Below, one piece after another: positions 1-10,101 of a DNA stretch of 64,000 nt. A program made the position numbers and the translations under genes. The notes beneath the pieces were generated by a model. It was not told where the DNA came from and searched no databases. It saw only the letters and a list, made by a program, of their open reading frames with translations. The DNA is from an uncultured Alphaproteobacteria bacterium. Its GTDB lineage: Bacteria > Pseudomonadota > Alphaproteobacteria > GCA-2731375. Each line of letters opens with the position of its first letter. The stretch's first letter is position 1. The stretch lies in assembly GCA_951812805.1 (NCBI GenBank), contig CATOSZ010000009.1, positions 120,089-184,088 of the forward strand. Reading direction: 5' to 3'.

Positions 1-1
1 C

Positions 2-103
2 CATTGCGAAACCAAACTGCGGGCCGCGACGGAGAAGGTCGAGCGGCTCGTCGTCGGGCAGGACGGCGACGTCAAGGGCGCCGAACCGGCGGACATCGAA
101 TAA
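2..103 (+). CDS. xseB: Exodeoxyribonuclease VII small subunit, 3' end (partial)
   Basis: Frame 2 reads HCETKLRAATEKVERLVVGQDG...IE*, matching the XseB C-terminus; conserved xseB-ispA-dxs order. Not in the ORF track. Confidence 0.8.
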   Translation, partial: HCETKLRAATEKVERLVVGQDGDVKGAEPADIE

Positions 104-114
104 GGATCCACAAC

Positions 115-1002
115 GTGACATTCGAAGAGGCCCTGAAGGCCACCGCGGAGGCGGTCGAGGCCGAACTCGACGACATCTTGCCGCCGGCCGGCGACGGTGC
201 CGAGGGCGAACTCGCCGAAGCGCTGCGCTACGCCACGCTCGGCGGCGGAAAGCGGGTCCGTCCGTTCATGGTCGTCGCCGGCGCGGAAATCTTCAACGTG
301 CCGAAACGGAACGCGCTGCGGGTCGGTGCGGCGGTGGAGCTGGTGCACTCCTATTCCCTGGTGCACGACGATCTGCCCTGCATGGACGACGACGCGCTGC
401 GCCGAGGCCAGCCGACGGTGCATGTCAAATACGACGAGGCGACCGCGGTGCTGGTCGGCGACGGGCTGCTCAGCCTGGCCTTCGAGGTGCTCGCCGACGA
501 GGCGACGACGGCCGATCCCCGGGCCCGGGTCGAGCTGGTGCACGGTTTAGCGCAGGCGAGCGGCGCGCACGGGATGGTCGGCGGACAGAAAATTGATCTT
601 TGGGCCGAGAACGAGCGACTGGACGAAACGCAGATCATTCGCCTGCAACGCCTGAAGACCGGTGCCATGATCGCCTTCGCCGGCGAGGCCGGCGCCATCC
701 TCGCGGGCGCCGAGGCGACGTCCCGTCAAGCGCTACGCATGTACGCCCACGACCTGGGCCTGGCCTTTCAGATCGCCGACGACATCCTCGACATCACCGG
801 CGATACCGAGGAACTCGGCAAGACCGCCGGCAAGGACGTCGAGCAGGGCAAGGCCACATTCGTGACGCTTCTCGGCCTCGAAGGCGCGAAAGAACGCGCG
901 GGCATGCTCGCCGCGCAAGCCGTTGCGCATCTTGAAATATTCGGTGAAAGGGCAGATGCTTTGCGCGCCCTCGCCGAATTTGTGGTAGCACGTCGTTCCT
1001 GA
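115..1002 (+). CDS. ispA: Farnesyl diphosphate synthase (polyprenyl synthetase)
   Basis: GGKRVRP, HDDLPCMDDD, FQIADDILD and GKTAGKD motifs; likely GTG start at 115. Confidence 0.93.
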   Translation: MTFEEALKATAEAVEAELDDILPPAGDGAEGELAEALRYATLGGGKRVRPFMVVAGAEIFNVPKRNALRVGAAVELVHSYSLVHDDLPCMDDDALRRGQPTVHVKYDEATAVLVGDGLLSLAFEVLADEATTADPRARVELVHGLAQASGAHGMVGGQKIDLWAENERLDETQIIRLQRLKTGAMIAFAGEAGAILAGAEATSRQALRMYAHDLGLAFQIADDILDITGDTEELGKTAGKDVEQGKATFVTLLGLEGAKERAGMLAAQAVAHLEIFGERADALRALAEFVVARRS

Positions 1003-1052
1003 CGCGCCGCCATACTTTGCCGGTGCCTTAAAACAACGATCTGGGTGACGAC

Positions 1053-2975
1053 GTGACCGACAGCAATACCCCGCTTCTCGATCAGGTGAAGACACCGAGC
1101 GACCTTCGCAAGCTCGATCCGAAGGACCTCCCCCAATTCGCCGACGAGCTGCGCATCGAGACAATCGATGCCGTCTCTCATACCGGCGGCCACCTCGGCG
1201 CCGGTCTCGGCGTGGTCGAGTTGACGGCGGCGTTGCACTACGTCTTCAACACGCCCGACGACATCATCATCTGGGATGTCGGCCATCAGGCCTATCCGCA
1301 CAAGATCGTCACCGGCCGGCGTGATCGCATCCGCACGCTGCGTGCCGGCGGCGGCCTCTCGGGCTTCACGAAACGCGCCGAGAGCGAGTACGACCCCTTC
1401 GGCGCCGCGCACAGCTCGACCTCGATTTCCGCCGGCCTCGGCTTCGCCGTCGCGCGCGACCTCGCGGGCGAGGAGCGGAACGTCATCGCCGTCATCGGCG
1501 ACGGCGCGATGAGCGCCGGCATGGCCTATGAGGCGTTGAACAACGCCGGCGGGCTGAATTCCCGCATGATCGTCATTCTGAACGACAACGACATGTCGAT
1601 CGCACCCGCCGTCGGCGCGATGAGCGCCTATCTCTCACGGCTGATCTCTTCGCGCAGCTACCTGAAGCTGCGCGACGTCGCCAAGCAGCTGGCGCGCCAC
1701 ATGCCGGGCAAGGTCGAGCGGACCGCCAAACGGGCGGAGGAATATGCCCGCGGCATGATCACCGGCGGTACCATGTTCGAGGAGCTGGGCTTCTACTACG
1801 TCGGTCCGATCGACGGTCACAACATCGACCATCTGCTGCCCGTGCTGAAGAACGTGCGCGATACCGACGCAGCCGGCCCGGTGCTGCTGCACGTGGTCAC
1901 CCGCAAGGGCGCCGGTTATCCGCCGGCCGAGGAATCGGCGGACAAGTATCATGGCGTGAACCGCTTCGACGTCATCACCGGCGCGCAGGCCAAGGCGACG
2001 CCAAACGCGCCGCAATACACCAAGGTCTTCGGCCAGGCGCTGATCAACGAAGCAAAGAAGGACGACAAGATCTGCGCCGTCACCGCGGCGATGCCGTCGG
2101 GCACCGGCGTCAATATGTTCGACGAACAGTTCCCCGATCGCAGCTTCGACGTCGGCATCGCCGAGCAGCACGGCGTGACCTTCGCCGCCGGCCTGGCGGC
2201 GGCGGGCTACAAGCCCTTCGCGGCGATCTATTCGACCTTCCTGCAACGCGGCTACGACCAGGTCGTGCACGATGTGGCAATCCAGGGCCTGCCGGTGCGT
2301 TTCGCCATCGACCGGGCGGGCCTGGTCGGCGCGGATGGGCCGACGCATGCGGGCGCCTTCGACATCACGTACCTGGCGACCCTGCCGGGCTTTGTGGTGA
2401 TGGCGGCGGCCGACGAGGCGGAGCTTACCCGCATGGTCGCCACCGCCGTTACGATCGACGATCGCCCCTCGGCCTTCCGCTATCCCCGCGGCGAGGGCGT
2501 CGGCGTCGAGATCCCGGAAAATCCGGAGCCATTGGAAATCGGCAAGGGCCGGGTGCTGCGCGAAGGCACGACTGTGGCGATCCTGTCCTTCGGCGCGCGC
2601 ATGGAACAGGTCGAGATCGCCGCCGACGAGCTGGCGGCCAAGGGCCTGTCGACCACCGTGGCGGACGCCCGTTTCTGCAAGCCGCTGGACGAGGAGCTGC
2701 TGCATCGCCTGGCGACGACGCACGAGGTGCTGATCACCATCGAGGAAGGCTCCATCGGCGGCTTCGCGGCGCATTGCTTCGAGTATCTCTCGCGCGCCGG
2801 CCTGCTGGAGAACGGCCTGAAGGTCCGGCCGATGTATCTGCCCGACATCTTCATCGACCACGACAAGCCGGAGAAGATGTACGACGTCGCCGGCCTCAAC
2901 GCGCCGCACATCGTCGAAACGGCGGTCGCGGCCCTCGGCGGCACGAGCGCGGCGGAGGCGCCGCGCCGCGCCTGA
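1053..2975 (+). CDS. dxs: 1-deoxy-D-xylulose-5-phosphate synthase
   Basis: [24 protein letters not shown]...NDN thiamine-PP motif, [19 protein letters not shown]. Confidence 0.97.
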   Translation: MTDSNTPLLDQVKTPSDLRKLDPKDLPQFADELRIETIDAVSHTGGHLGAGLGVVELTAALHYVFNTPDDIIIWDVGHQAYPHKIVTGRRDRIRTLRAGGGLSGFTKRAESEYDPFGAAHSSTSISAGLGFAVARDLAGEERNVIAVIGDGAMSAGMAYEALNNAGGLNSRMIVILNDNDMSIAPAVGAMSAYLSRLISSRSYLKLRDVAKQLARHMPGKVERTAKRAEEYARGMITGGTMFEELGFYYVGPIDGHNIDHLLPVLKNVRDTDAAGPVLLHVVTRKGAGYPPAEESADKYHGVNRFDVITGAQAKATPNAPQYTKVFGQALINEAKKDDKICAVTAAMPSGTGVNMFDEQFPDRSFDVGIAEQHGVTFAAGLAAAGYKPFAAIYSTFLQRGYDQVVHDVAIQGLPVRFAIDRAGLVGADGPTHAGAFDITYLATLPGFVVMAAADEAELTRMVATAVTIDDRPSAFRYPRGEGVGVEIPENPEPLEIGKGRVLREGTTVAILSFGARMEQVEIAADELAAKGLSTTVADARFCKPLDEELLHRLATTHEVLITIEEGSIGGFAAHCFEYLSRAGLLENGLKVRPMYLPDIFIDHDKPEKMYDVAGLNAPHIVETAVAALGGTSAAEAPRRA

Positions 2976-2982
2976 GACGGCG

Positions 2983-3747
2983 ATGGCCCCGGCCGACGGG
3001 CGTCCCCGCAAGCAGCGCCTCGACGAGGCCTTGGTCGCCCGCGGCTTGGCGGAGAGCCGGACACGCGCGCAAGCCCTGGTCATGGCCGGCCTGGTGTTTT
3101 CCGGCGAACGCAAGCTGGAGAAGGCGGGGCAGCAGGTCGCCGCCGATCTGACCCTTGAGGTGCGCGGACGCGAACATCCCTGGGTCGGGCGCGGCGGCAT
3201 GAAACTCGACCATGCCTTTACCTCTTTCGATCTCGACGCCGGCGAGCGGGTGGCGATCGATGTCGGCGCCTCCACGGGCGGCTTTACCGACGTGTTGTTG
3301 GCACACGGCGCCAGGCGGGTCCACGCGGTCGACGTCGGGCATGGCCAGCTCGCCTGGAAGCTGCGACAGGACTCCCGCGTCGTCGTACACGAGCGGACCA
3401 ACGCCCGCCATCTTACGGCCGAGGCCATCGGCGAAGCGGTCGATATCGTCGTCTGCGATGCGAGCTTCATCGGCCTGCGCACGGTGCTGCCCGCCGCCCT
3501 GGCGTTGACGCGGCCGGGCGCCTGGGCCGTCGCCCTCATCAAGCCGCAGTTCGAGGTCGGGCGGGACCGGGTCGGCAAGGGCGGCGTGGTTCGCGACGCC
3601 GCCCTGCACGAAGAGGTCCAGGCGACGATCCGCGACTGGTTCGACGCGCTTCCCCGCTGGCGGACCGAGGGCCTGGCGGAAAGCCCGATCCTGGGGCCCG
3701 AGGGCAACCGGGAATTCCTGATCCATGCCCGGCGCGACGAGGACTGA
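2983..3747 (+). CDS. tlyA: TlyA family rRNA 2'-O-methyltransferase
   Basis: N-terminal S4 domain, DVGASTGGFTD, LIKPQFE, GPEGNREF; follows dxs. Confidence 0.93.
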   Translation: MAPADGRPRKQRLDEALVARGLAESRTRAQALVMAGLVFSGERKLEKAGQQVAADLTLEVRGREHPWVGRGGMKLDHAFTSFDLDAGERVAIDVGASTGGFTDVLLAHGARRVHAVDVGHGQLAWKLRQDSRVVVHERTNARHLTAEAIGEAVDIVVCDASFIGLRTVLPAALALTRPGAWAVALIKPQFEVGRDRVGKGGVVRDAALHEEVQATIRDWFDALPRWRTEGLAESPILGPEGNREFLIHARRDED

Positions 3748-3748
3748 G

Positions 3749-5047
3749 ATGGAAGCGATCCTCGACATCGAGACGATCGGGGCGCGCGGCGACGCCGTCG
3801 CCCGCCACGAGGGCGAGCGGGTCTTCGTCGACGACGCCCTGCCGGGGGAACGCCATCGCCTGCGCCTCGAGCCCGCCGACCGCCAGGGCCGCCGGGGCCG
3901 CAGCCTCGAACGCCTCGTGACCTCGCCCGAGCGGGTCACGCCCCCCTGCCCGCACTATGCGGATTGCGGCGGCTGCGCGCTGCAGCACTGGCGGGCGGAG
4001 TCCTACGAGGCCTGGAAACGGGACCGGGTGGTCGAGGCGCTGGCCCGCGTTGGCCTGGGGGACGTGCCGGTCGCCGCCCTCGAAAGCGTACCGCCCGCGA
4101 GCCGTCGCCGCGCCCGGTTTACGGCGCGGCAAACGCGCGAGGGCACCGTCGTCGGGTTTCACCAACGGCGCGGCGCGTGGATCACCGCGATCTCCGAATG
4201 CCGCGTTCTGCAACCCTCGCTGGCCCGCCTGCCGGGATTGCTCGCCCCCCTGCTGGAAGCCTTCCCGCCGCCGCGCGGCAAAGCGTTGGATATCTCGGCG
4301 ACCCATAGCGATACCGGCGTCGATCTGTGGATCCGCCACGAGCGGCACCCGCCACCCGACGGGCTGGCGCGCCTGGCGGCCTTCGCCGAGGCGGCCGATC
4401 TCGCCCGCCTGTCCTGGGGCGGCCGGACGCCCGAGATCCTGATCGAACGCCGGCGCCCGGCAATCCGTGTGGCCGGCCTCGCGCTCGAGCCGCCGCCCGA
4501 CGCGTTTCTGCAGGCGACGCCGGCCTCGGCGGAGACGATGATGGCGCTGACCCTGGCCGGCCTGGGCGAGGCCCGGCATGTGGCGGACCTCTTCGCCGGT
4601 ATCGGCATGTTGAGCGTGGCGCTGCTGGAGCGCGGGCGGGTTACCGCGATCGACCAGGATCGCGGCATGCTCGCCGCGCTGGAAGCGGCGGGCCGGGCCG
4701 GCGGCCGCTCCGACCGCCTCGAGGTCCGGGTGCGCGACCTGATGCGCCGTCCTCTCGTCGCCGCCGAGCTTGCGGCCTTCGACGCCGTGGTCCTCGATCC
4801 CCCCCGTGCCGGCGCCCGGGCCCAGGCGGAAACCCTCGCAGAGGCCGTCAATGTCGATACCGTCGTCTCCCTCTCCTGCAATCCCGCAACCTTCGCCCGC
4901 GACGCCCGCCTGCTGGTCGACGGGGGCTACCGCATGGGGACGGTGACGCCGATCGACCAGTTCCTCTGGTCCGCCCATGTCGAAATGGTCGCGGTCTTCC
5001 GGCGCGCTCCCCCCGATGGCATGCCCGCGGCATCATCGCTAGAATAA
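3749..5047 (+). CDS. RlmD/TrmA-family RNA (uracil-5)-methyltransferase
   Basis: TRAM-like N-terminus, CPHYADCGGC Fe-S motif, FLQA, DLFAGIG, LDPPRAG, SCNPATFARD, DQF..S.HVE. Confidence 0.9.
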   Translation: MEAILDIETIGARGDAVARHEGERVFVDDALPGERHRLRLEPADRQGRRGRSLERLVTSPERVTPPCPHYADCGGCALQHWRAESYEAWKRDRVVEALARVGLGDVPVAALESVPPASRRRARFTARQTREGTVVGFHQRRGAWITAISECRVLQPSLARLPGLLAPLLEAFPPPRGKALDISATHSDTGVDLWIRHERHPPPDGLARLAAFAEAADLARLSWGGRTPEILIERRRPAIRVAGLALEPPPDAFLQATPASAETMMALTLAGLGEARHVADLFAGIGMLSVALLERGRVTAIDQDRGMLAALEAAGRAGGRSDRLEVRVRDLMRRPLVAAELAAFDAVVLDPPRAGARAQAETLAEAVNVDTVVSLSCNPATFARDARLLVDGGYRMGTVTPIDQFLWSAHVEMVAVFRRAPPDGMPAASSLE

Positions 5048-5075
5048 GTCTTTCCTTTTGGGGAGATCTGCCGTG

Positions 5076-6305
5076 ATGCAAACGTCGCCGTCGACCATCG
5101 CCGACCCGAGTCTGGAGGCGCGTTTCCACGCGCTGTTCGGCGCCGGTGTTCAATTCGAACGCCCCCTGGCGGAAAGCGGCCTGGGCGGTCGGGTGAGCGG
5201 CCTCGACCTCGCCGAGCCGCTGGCGCCGGCGCAGGTGGACCTTCTGCTGGATACGCTGGCCCATTGCCGGCTGTTCACCATCGCCGGCCAGGATCTGGCG
5301 CGGTTTTCCCTCGCGACGTTCGAGCGATTTGCCAATCATTGGGGCGCGCCGGTCGCCCATCCCTCGAACTTCCTGCGCGGCGGCAAACCGGCCCAACAGG
5401 ACGGCGCCAGCAACGGCGCCATCACGTACCTGCCCTACGCGGACCGGCGGGTCGCGGCGGCCGACTCGACGCTGCCCGGCCAGGTCGCCTGCCTGCCGCA
5501 TGAATCGCCGGCCGTCCTGGTCGCCACCAACCTGCTGGGCCGCGGCGTGGACGACGCCCCCACCCTGAAGGCCGGCGGCACCTGGCATACCGACATCGAG
5601 TACGAGCCGCTGCCGATCTATGTGTCGATGTTCCTGGTGCATTTCGCACCGGTGGCCCGCGACGCCTCGAACGGGCAATGGGTCGAGCCGCCGGTCGACG
5701 ACGGTGCGCCGGCGCCCTATTTCTCCGGCTCCGACGACGACCTCATGGCGTTGCGCAAGCACCTGCCGTTGAACGGCGAAACCGCCTATACGGATACCGC
5801 GGCCGCCTTCGCTGCCCTGCCGGCGGACGAACAGGCGAAACTCGAGGCGATCCGGGTACGCCGGCGGCTGAACACGGGCGACGACGGCTGGCTCGCGCCG
5901 CTGGTACGCACCGACCCGCGCTCGGGCCTGAAGTCGCTGCACAGCCCGGTCTGGGCCTCCCGGCCCGGGGTCCGCCCGTCGATTGAGGTGGACGGCCTGT
6001 CGGTGGAAGACTCGCGCGTGTTTCTGGACCGCCTGGAGGCGCACATTCTGCAACCGCGCTTCCGCTACGACCATGTCCACACAGAGGGCGACGTCACCAT
6101 CTGGAACAACTACATGACCTTGCACAATTCGCCGCCGATCAAAATCGGCATCGATCGCATCGACGACGCCCGCCTGCTGTACCGCCTGAGCTGCAAGGGT
6201 GAACCTGTCCTGACCCTGCCGCGGCAGGACGATCCGACATGGATCACGACCCACGTCGCCGGCGACTACCGTTCCCCCCCGGAGATCGTCGGCACGCGGG
6301 CTTGA
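5076..6305 (+). CDS. TauD/TfdA-family Fe(II)/2-oxoglutarate dioxygenase
   Basis: LGGRVSGLDL start, WHTD HxD motif, GETAYTD, GDVTIWNN..TLH and RLLYR. Confidence 0.8.
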   Translation: MQTSPSTIADPSLEARFHALFGAGVQFERPLAESGLGGRVSGLDLAEPLAPAQVDLLLDTLAHCRLFTIAGQDLARFSLATFERFANHWGAPVAHPSNFLRGGKPAQQDGASNGAITYLPYADRRVAAADSTLPGQVACLPHESPAVLVATNLLGRGVDDAPTLKAGGTWHTDIEYEPLPIYVSMFLVHFAPVARDASNGQWVEPPVDDGAPAPYFSGSDDDLMALRKHLPLNGETAYTDTAAAFAALPADEQAKLEAIRVRRRLNTGDDGWLAPLVRTDPRSGLKSLHSPVWASRPGVRPSIEVDGLSVEDSRVFLDRLEAHILQPRFRYDHVHTEGDVTIWNNYMTLHNSPPIKIGIDRIDDARLLYRLSCKGEPVLTLPRQDDPTWITTHVAGDYRSPPEIVGTRA

Positions 6306-6308
6306 GCG

Positions 6309-7016
6309 CTACCAGGTCTCGCCGAAGGGCCGGAGTTCGACCAGGAAGGACTGCGCCGTCCGCGGCTGGTGCGCGATGTGATAAATCTCCGCCGCCAGGT
6401 CATCGGGCTGGGCGAAGAAGTCCTTCGGCTGGTCCTTCCAGCGTCGCCGGGCAAACGGCATGTCGATCACCGCGTCGATCACCACATAGGCGACGTGCAC
6501 GCCGCTCGGGCCGAGTTCGCGGGCGAGCGCTTCGGCCAGGATGCGCTGGCCGGCCTTGCTGGAGGCCCAGCCGACATAGGAGGCTTTGCCGCGAAGCGCC
6601 GCCGTGTTGCCGGTGACGACGATCGAGCCGCCGCCCGCCTCGATCATGCCGGGTGCCAGGGTCTGCGTGGCGACCAGCAGGCCCGTCGTGTTGACCCGGT
6701 AGTTCCGCTCGAAGTCGGCCGGGTCGATGTCCAGATAGTGTCCGAAACTGGCGAGCGAGGCGTTGTAGATGACGCTGCGCGGCACGCCGTGCGCCGCGAC
6801 CATGCGTTTCAGCGTCTCGGCGAAGGCGTCGAGATCGCGGATGTCGACCGCATAGGGGGTCGTATGCTCGATCTCCGCCTCGAAGCCGGCCAGCCGCTCC
6901 GGGCTGCGGGCGATCATCGAGACGTGATAGCCCTCCGCCACGAAACGCCGCGCGCAGGCGGCACCCGTGCCGGCGCCGATGCCGATCAGCAGGCAATGAG
7001 GTCTTTCACCGGACAT
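6309..7016 (-). CDS. Short-chain dehydrogenase/reductase (atypical)
   Basis: GIGAGTG Rossmann motif, YNA, W-x3-K in place of YxxxK, GVHVAYVVIDAVID. Confidence 0.85.
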   Translation of the reverse strand: MSGERPHCLLIGIGAGTGAACARRFVAEGYHVSMIARSPERLAGFEAEIEHTTPYAVDIRDLDAFAETLKRMVAAHGVPRSVIYNASLASFGHYLDIDPADFERNYRVNTTGLLVATQTLAPGMIEAGGGSIVVTGNTAALRGKASYVGWASSKAGQRILAEALARELGPSGVHVAYVVIDAVIDMPFARRRWKDQPKDFFAQPDDLAAEIYHIAHQPRTAQSFLVELRPFGETW

Positions 7017-7232
7017 TTCCGCCCCTCCCGTCGAAGTCCACTGCCGCCGTGCTTACGCGATTTTCCGCCCCGGTCCAAATTCCGGCGTATTTTTTCGTGA
7101 TCCTGAAACCTTTCCGGCCCCACCGTGTGAATCGGCATGCAAAACTGACCCACTTTGGTGGGTTATGAGCGGTAAGAATTGACCCACCTGGAACGCTAGC
7201 ATCCGCACGGAACAGTGCGGAGGAAAGAGCAG

Positions 7233-8741
7233 GTGGTATTGATGGAAAGCGTATTGAAGATCCGACGTTGGATATTACGGGAGGGTCGGAGTATCCGATC
7301 TGTATCTCGTCAGACTGGTTTGTCGCGGAACACGATTAAGAAGTATCTGAAGGACGGCGATCCACCGAGCTATCAGCGGCGCGTTTCACCCGTCCGGCGT
7401 AAGCTTAGCGATGGCTTCGCCAGCCGGCTTCGGGCGCTCTTTGAGCAGGACCTGGGGCGCCCGCGCCGTGAGCGCCGGACGGCCAAGAAGCTTTATGAGC
7501 AGCTTGTGTCGGAAGGCTATAGCGGATCCTACTCGACGGTTCAGAGGTTTGTCCGCGACCTGAAGCGTTCTGGCGCCGGATCGGGGGATGCGTTCATTCC
7601 GTTGCACTTTACGGCAGGTGACGCGCTCCAGTTTGACTGGAGCACGGAATACGCTGTCCTGGGCGGTGTCGAGCAGAAGGTAAAGGTTGCCCACTTCCGC
7701 CTATGTCATAGCCGCAAGCCCTTTGTTGTTGCCTATCCCAGCGAATCTCAGGAGATGGTGCTGGACGCCTTTGCACGGGCGATGTCTTTCTATGGCGGCG
7801 TACCGCGCCGGGTGATCATCGACAACCCCAAGACGATGGTAACCTATGTTTCGCGCTCTAAGGACCGTGTGTTCCATCCGCGCTTTCTGGCGTTGATGAA
7901 CCACTATGTGATGGAACCGGTTGCTTGCACACCCGCGGCGGGGTGGGAGAAGGGTCAGATTGAGAACCAGGTTGGGTTCCTGCGGGGACAGCTGTTTGCG
8001 CCCAAGCCCGCCTTTGACGATCTGGATGCGCTGAACGGCTGGTTGCGTCTGCGCTGCGAGGAATTGGCGAATCGCGCCCACCCCGAACAATCGGATCGCA
8101 AGATCTCGGACGTGTTCGCAGACGAGTGCGCCGAACTGCGTCCCCTGGGCCGGGCTTTTGACGGCTATGTTGAGAAGGCCGCTCGTGTCCGCTCTACCTG
8201 TCTGGTCCAATATGCCACCAATCGCTATAGCGTCCCCTCCCGGTTCGCCGGGGAGCTTGTCTCTCTGCGCGCCTATGCGGACCGGATCGTGGTTGTGTCA
8301 GGGCAGAATGTGATTGCCGAGCACAAGCGCCGCTTTACCCGCAACGCCAGCTATTTCGAGCCCTGGCATTACCTGCCCCTACTCGACCGCAAGCCCGGCG
8401 CGCTGAGAGATGGCGCGCCCTTTGTGGGTTGGCAATTGCCTGAGGCGATGCACCGGGTCAGGGCGCATTACATGGCCGGCAAAGGCGGGGACCGGGAGTT
8501 TGTCGATCTGCTCCTGCTGGCCCAGGATCACGGGATCGAGGTGGTCGAGATAGCCTGTGAACTGGCCGTGGAGCAGAACACGCTGCGCCTTCCGGCCATC
8601 ATCAATCTGATCAACCAACTGGTGGAGCCGGTCATCGCGCCATGGGGCGAGAGCCACGCCTATCCGCAACTGACCTTGCGGCCCGAAGCGGACTGCAAGC
8701 GCTATGAGACGCTGTGCGTTGCCGGGGAGGCCGTCGCATGA
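7233..8741 (+). CDS. istA: IS21 transposase
   Basis: N-terminal HTH; DDE residues in QFDW, IIDNPK and EKGQIE; NRYSVP. Start could be 7215, 7233 or 7242. Confidence 0.95.
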   Translation: MVLMESVLKIRRWILREGRSIRSVSRQTGLSRNTIKKYLKDGDPPSYQRRVSPVRRKLSDGFASRLRALFEQDLGRPRRERRTAKKLYEQLVSEGYSGSYSTVQRFVRDLKRSGAGSGDAFIPLHFTAGDALQFDWSTEYAVLGGVEQKVKVAHFRLCHSRKPFVVAYPSESQEMVLDAFARAMSFYGGVPRRVIIDNPKTMVTYVSRSKDRVFHPRFLALMNHYVMEPVACTPAAGWEKGQIENQVGFLRGQLFAPKPAFDDLDALNGWLRLRCEELANRAHPEQSDRKISDVFADECAELRPLGRAFDGYVEKAARVRSTCLVQYATNRYSVPSRFAGELVSLRAYADRIVVVSGQNVIAEHKRRFTRNASYFEPWHYLPLLDRKPGALRDGAPFVGWQLPEAMHRVRAHYMAGKGGDREFVDLLLLAQDHGIEVVEIACELAVEQNTLRLPAIINLINQLVEPVIAPWGESHAYPQLTLRPEADCKRYETLCVAGEAVA

Positions 8742-9469
8742 AAGCTTTGATAGACCAACTGATCGCCCTGAGGCTGTATGGAATGGCGGCTTGCGCCGAA
8801 GCTTTGCTGGCCGCGCGCAAGCCGCCAAGTCTGACCACTGCGATAAAGCAACTGATCGACGCCGAGACTGTAGAGCGCCGGGTGCGCTCTATCCAGCACC
8901 AAATGCGGGCCTCGAAGTTCCCCCACCATAAGGACTTCGCCACTTTCGATTACGGCCTAGCCGCCGTCACCCAAGCGCAAATCGACCCCTTCTGCTCAGG
9001 GCAGTTCACCCAGGAGGCCCACAACCTCATTCTGGTGGGCGGAACCGGTACGGGCAAAACCCACATCGCCATTGCTCTGGGGACGCTGTTGATCAATCAG
9101 GGAAAGAAGGTCCGTTTCTTCAACGCCGTCGATCTGATCAATGCGCTGATCAAGGAACAGGCCGAAGGCAACGCCGGCAAGATCATCCGGCAACTGACGG
9201 CCATGGATTGCGTCATCATCGACGAACTGGGCTATATCCCATTCCCCAAATCCGGCGGTGCGCTCTTGTTCCACCTGATCAGCAAACTCTATGAGAAGAC
9301 CAGCGTCATCATCACCACCAATCTGGAGTTCGGGGAATGGGTCTCCGTCTTCGGAGATGCAAAAATGACAACCGCGTTGCTGGATCGTGTAACGCATCAC
9401 TGCGCAATCATCGAAACAGGCAACATGTCTTACCGCTTCGCACAAAGCAAACAGCGACGACAAAAGTAG
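8738..9469 (+). CDS. istB: IS21 helper AAA+ ATPase
   Basis: GGTGTGKTH Walker A, IIDELGY Walker [10 protein letters not shown]; ATGA overlap with istA. Confidence 0.95.
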   Translation: MKALIDQLIALRLYGMAACAEALLAARKPPSLTTAIKQLIDAETVERRVRSIQHQMRASKFPHHKDFATFDYGLAAVTQAQIDPFCSGQFTQEAHNLILVGGTGTGKTHIAIALGTLLINQGKKVRFFNAVDLINALIKEQAEGNAGKIIRQLTAMDCVIIDELGYIPFPKSGGALLFHLISKLYEKTSVIITTNLEFGEWVSVFGDAKMTTALLDRVTHHCAIIETGNMSYRFAQSKQRRQK

Positions 9470-9483
9470 CCGCCCTGTAAGCA

Positions 9484-9531
9484 AAGCCCCAGGCTGATCC
9501 GCTATATGGAGCCAATCAGCCTGGGGGCTTT
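9484..9531 (+). terminator. Stem-loop after istB
   Basis: AAAGCCCCAGGCTGAT ... ATCAGCCTGGGGGCTTT inverted repeat just after the istB stop. Confidence 0.55.
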
Positions 9532-9558
9532 CATCGCAAAGGCGGGCAAATCAAAACG

Positions 9559-9865
9559 GGTCCTGTACAGATTGTTCTGCAAAAGGGGTTTCGTAGCTGG
9601 GGCACAAGTCCGGGCCGATGGGGTGGATGAGCTGCCTCCGGCTGGTCCGGGCTCTCGCGATCGAAATCCATGAGGACTGGCTGGATGCCAACCGCTAGCT
9701 CAACATGATCCATCTCAAGGAGAGCAAAAGCGAACGCATCCAGAAAGCCGCCTGACGGCGGCTCGGCATGCCTGGCGCTCCGAGCAATCGAAATCTCCGC
9801 GCCAGGCATGCCGGTGGCCCTCATCGGCAGCCATGACAAACTTGCAGAACAGTCTGGACACTACT
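9559..9865 (+). mobile_element. Internally deleted IS256-family element (MITE-like, about 307 bp)
   Basis: Terminal IRs GTCCTGTACAGATTGTTCTGCAA versus reverse complement GTAGTGTCCAGACTGTTCTGCAA (19/23); flanks TCAAAACG and TCAAAAGC; 9630-9755 reads SCLRLVRALAIEIHEDWLDANR*LNMIHLKESKSERIQKAA*, resembling an IS256 transposase C-terminus with an internal stop. Confidence 0.7.
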
Positions 9866-10101
9866 TCAAAAGCTCATTGCCACTTCAAGAACCCCACCTG
9901 ATCCCCACGTTCCGCCGCCGGCCCGGTTGTCCCGGTGGGCCCACAGGCCCCTCCCACGCGGCTTCGCTCCGCGTAACGCAAAGCGCTACACGAAGCCGCG
10001 CGGGGCCCTCCCGTGGACTACCGGGACAACCTCCGTCGAAGCAAGGGGGGGGGGTCAATTTTGCACGCCGATAGGGGGTCAGAATTAAATGCTGATTGAC
10101 A

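Larger units (their letters stand above)
7126..10101 (+). mobile_element. IS21-family element (composite, carrying an IS256 remnant)
   Basis: Left end TGTGAATCGGCATGCAAAACTGACCC (7126); right end reverse complement TGTCAATCAGCATTTAATTCTGACCC (ends 10101); 20/26 identical. Internal repeat copies at both ends; istA/istB inside; no target duplication. Confidence 0.85.

Noticed and set aside
1-5047. xseB-ispA-dxs-tlyA-methyltransferase cluster as a novelty
   Set aside because: Common conserved alphaproteobacterial synteny.
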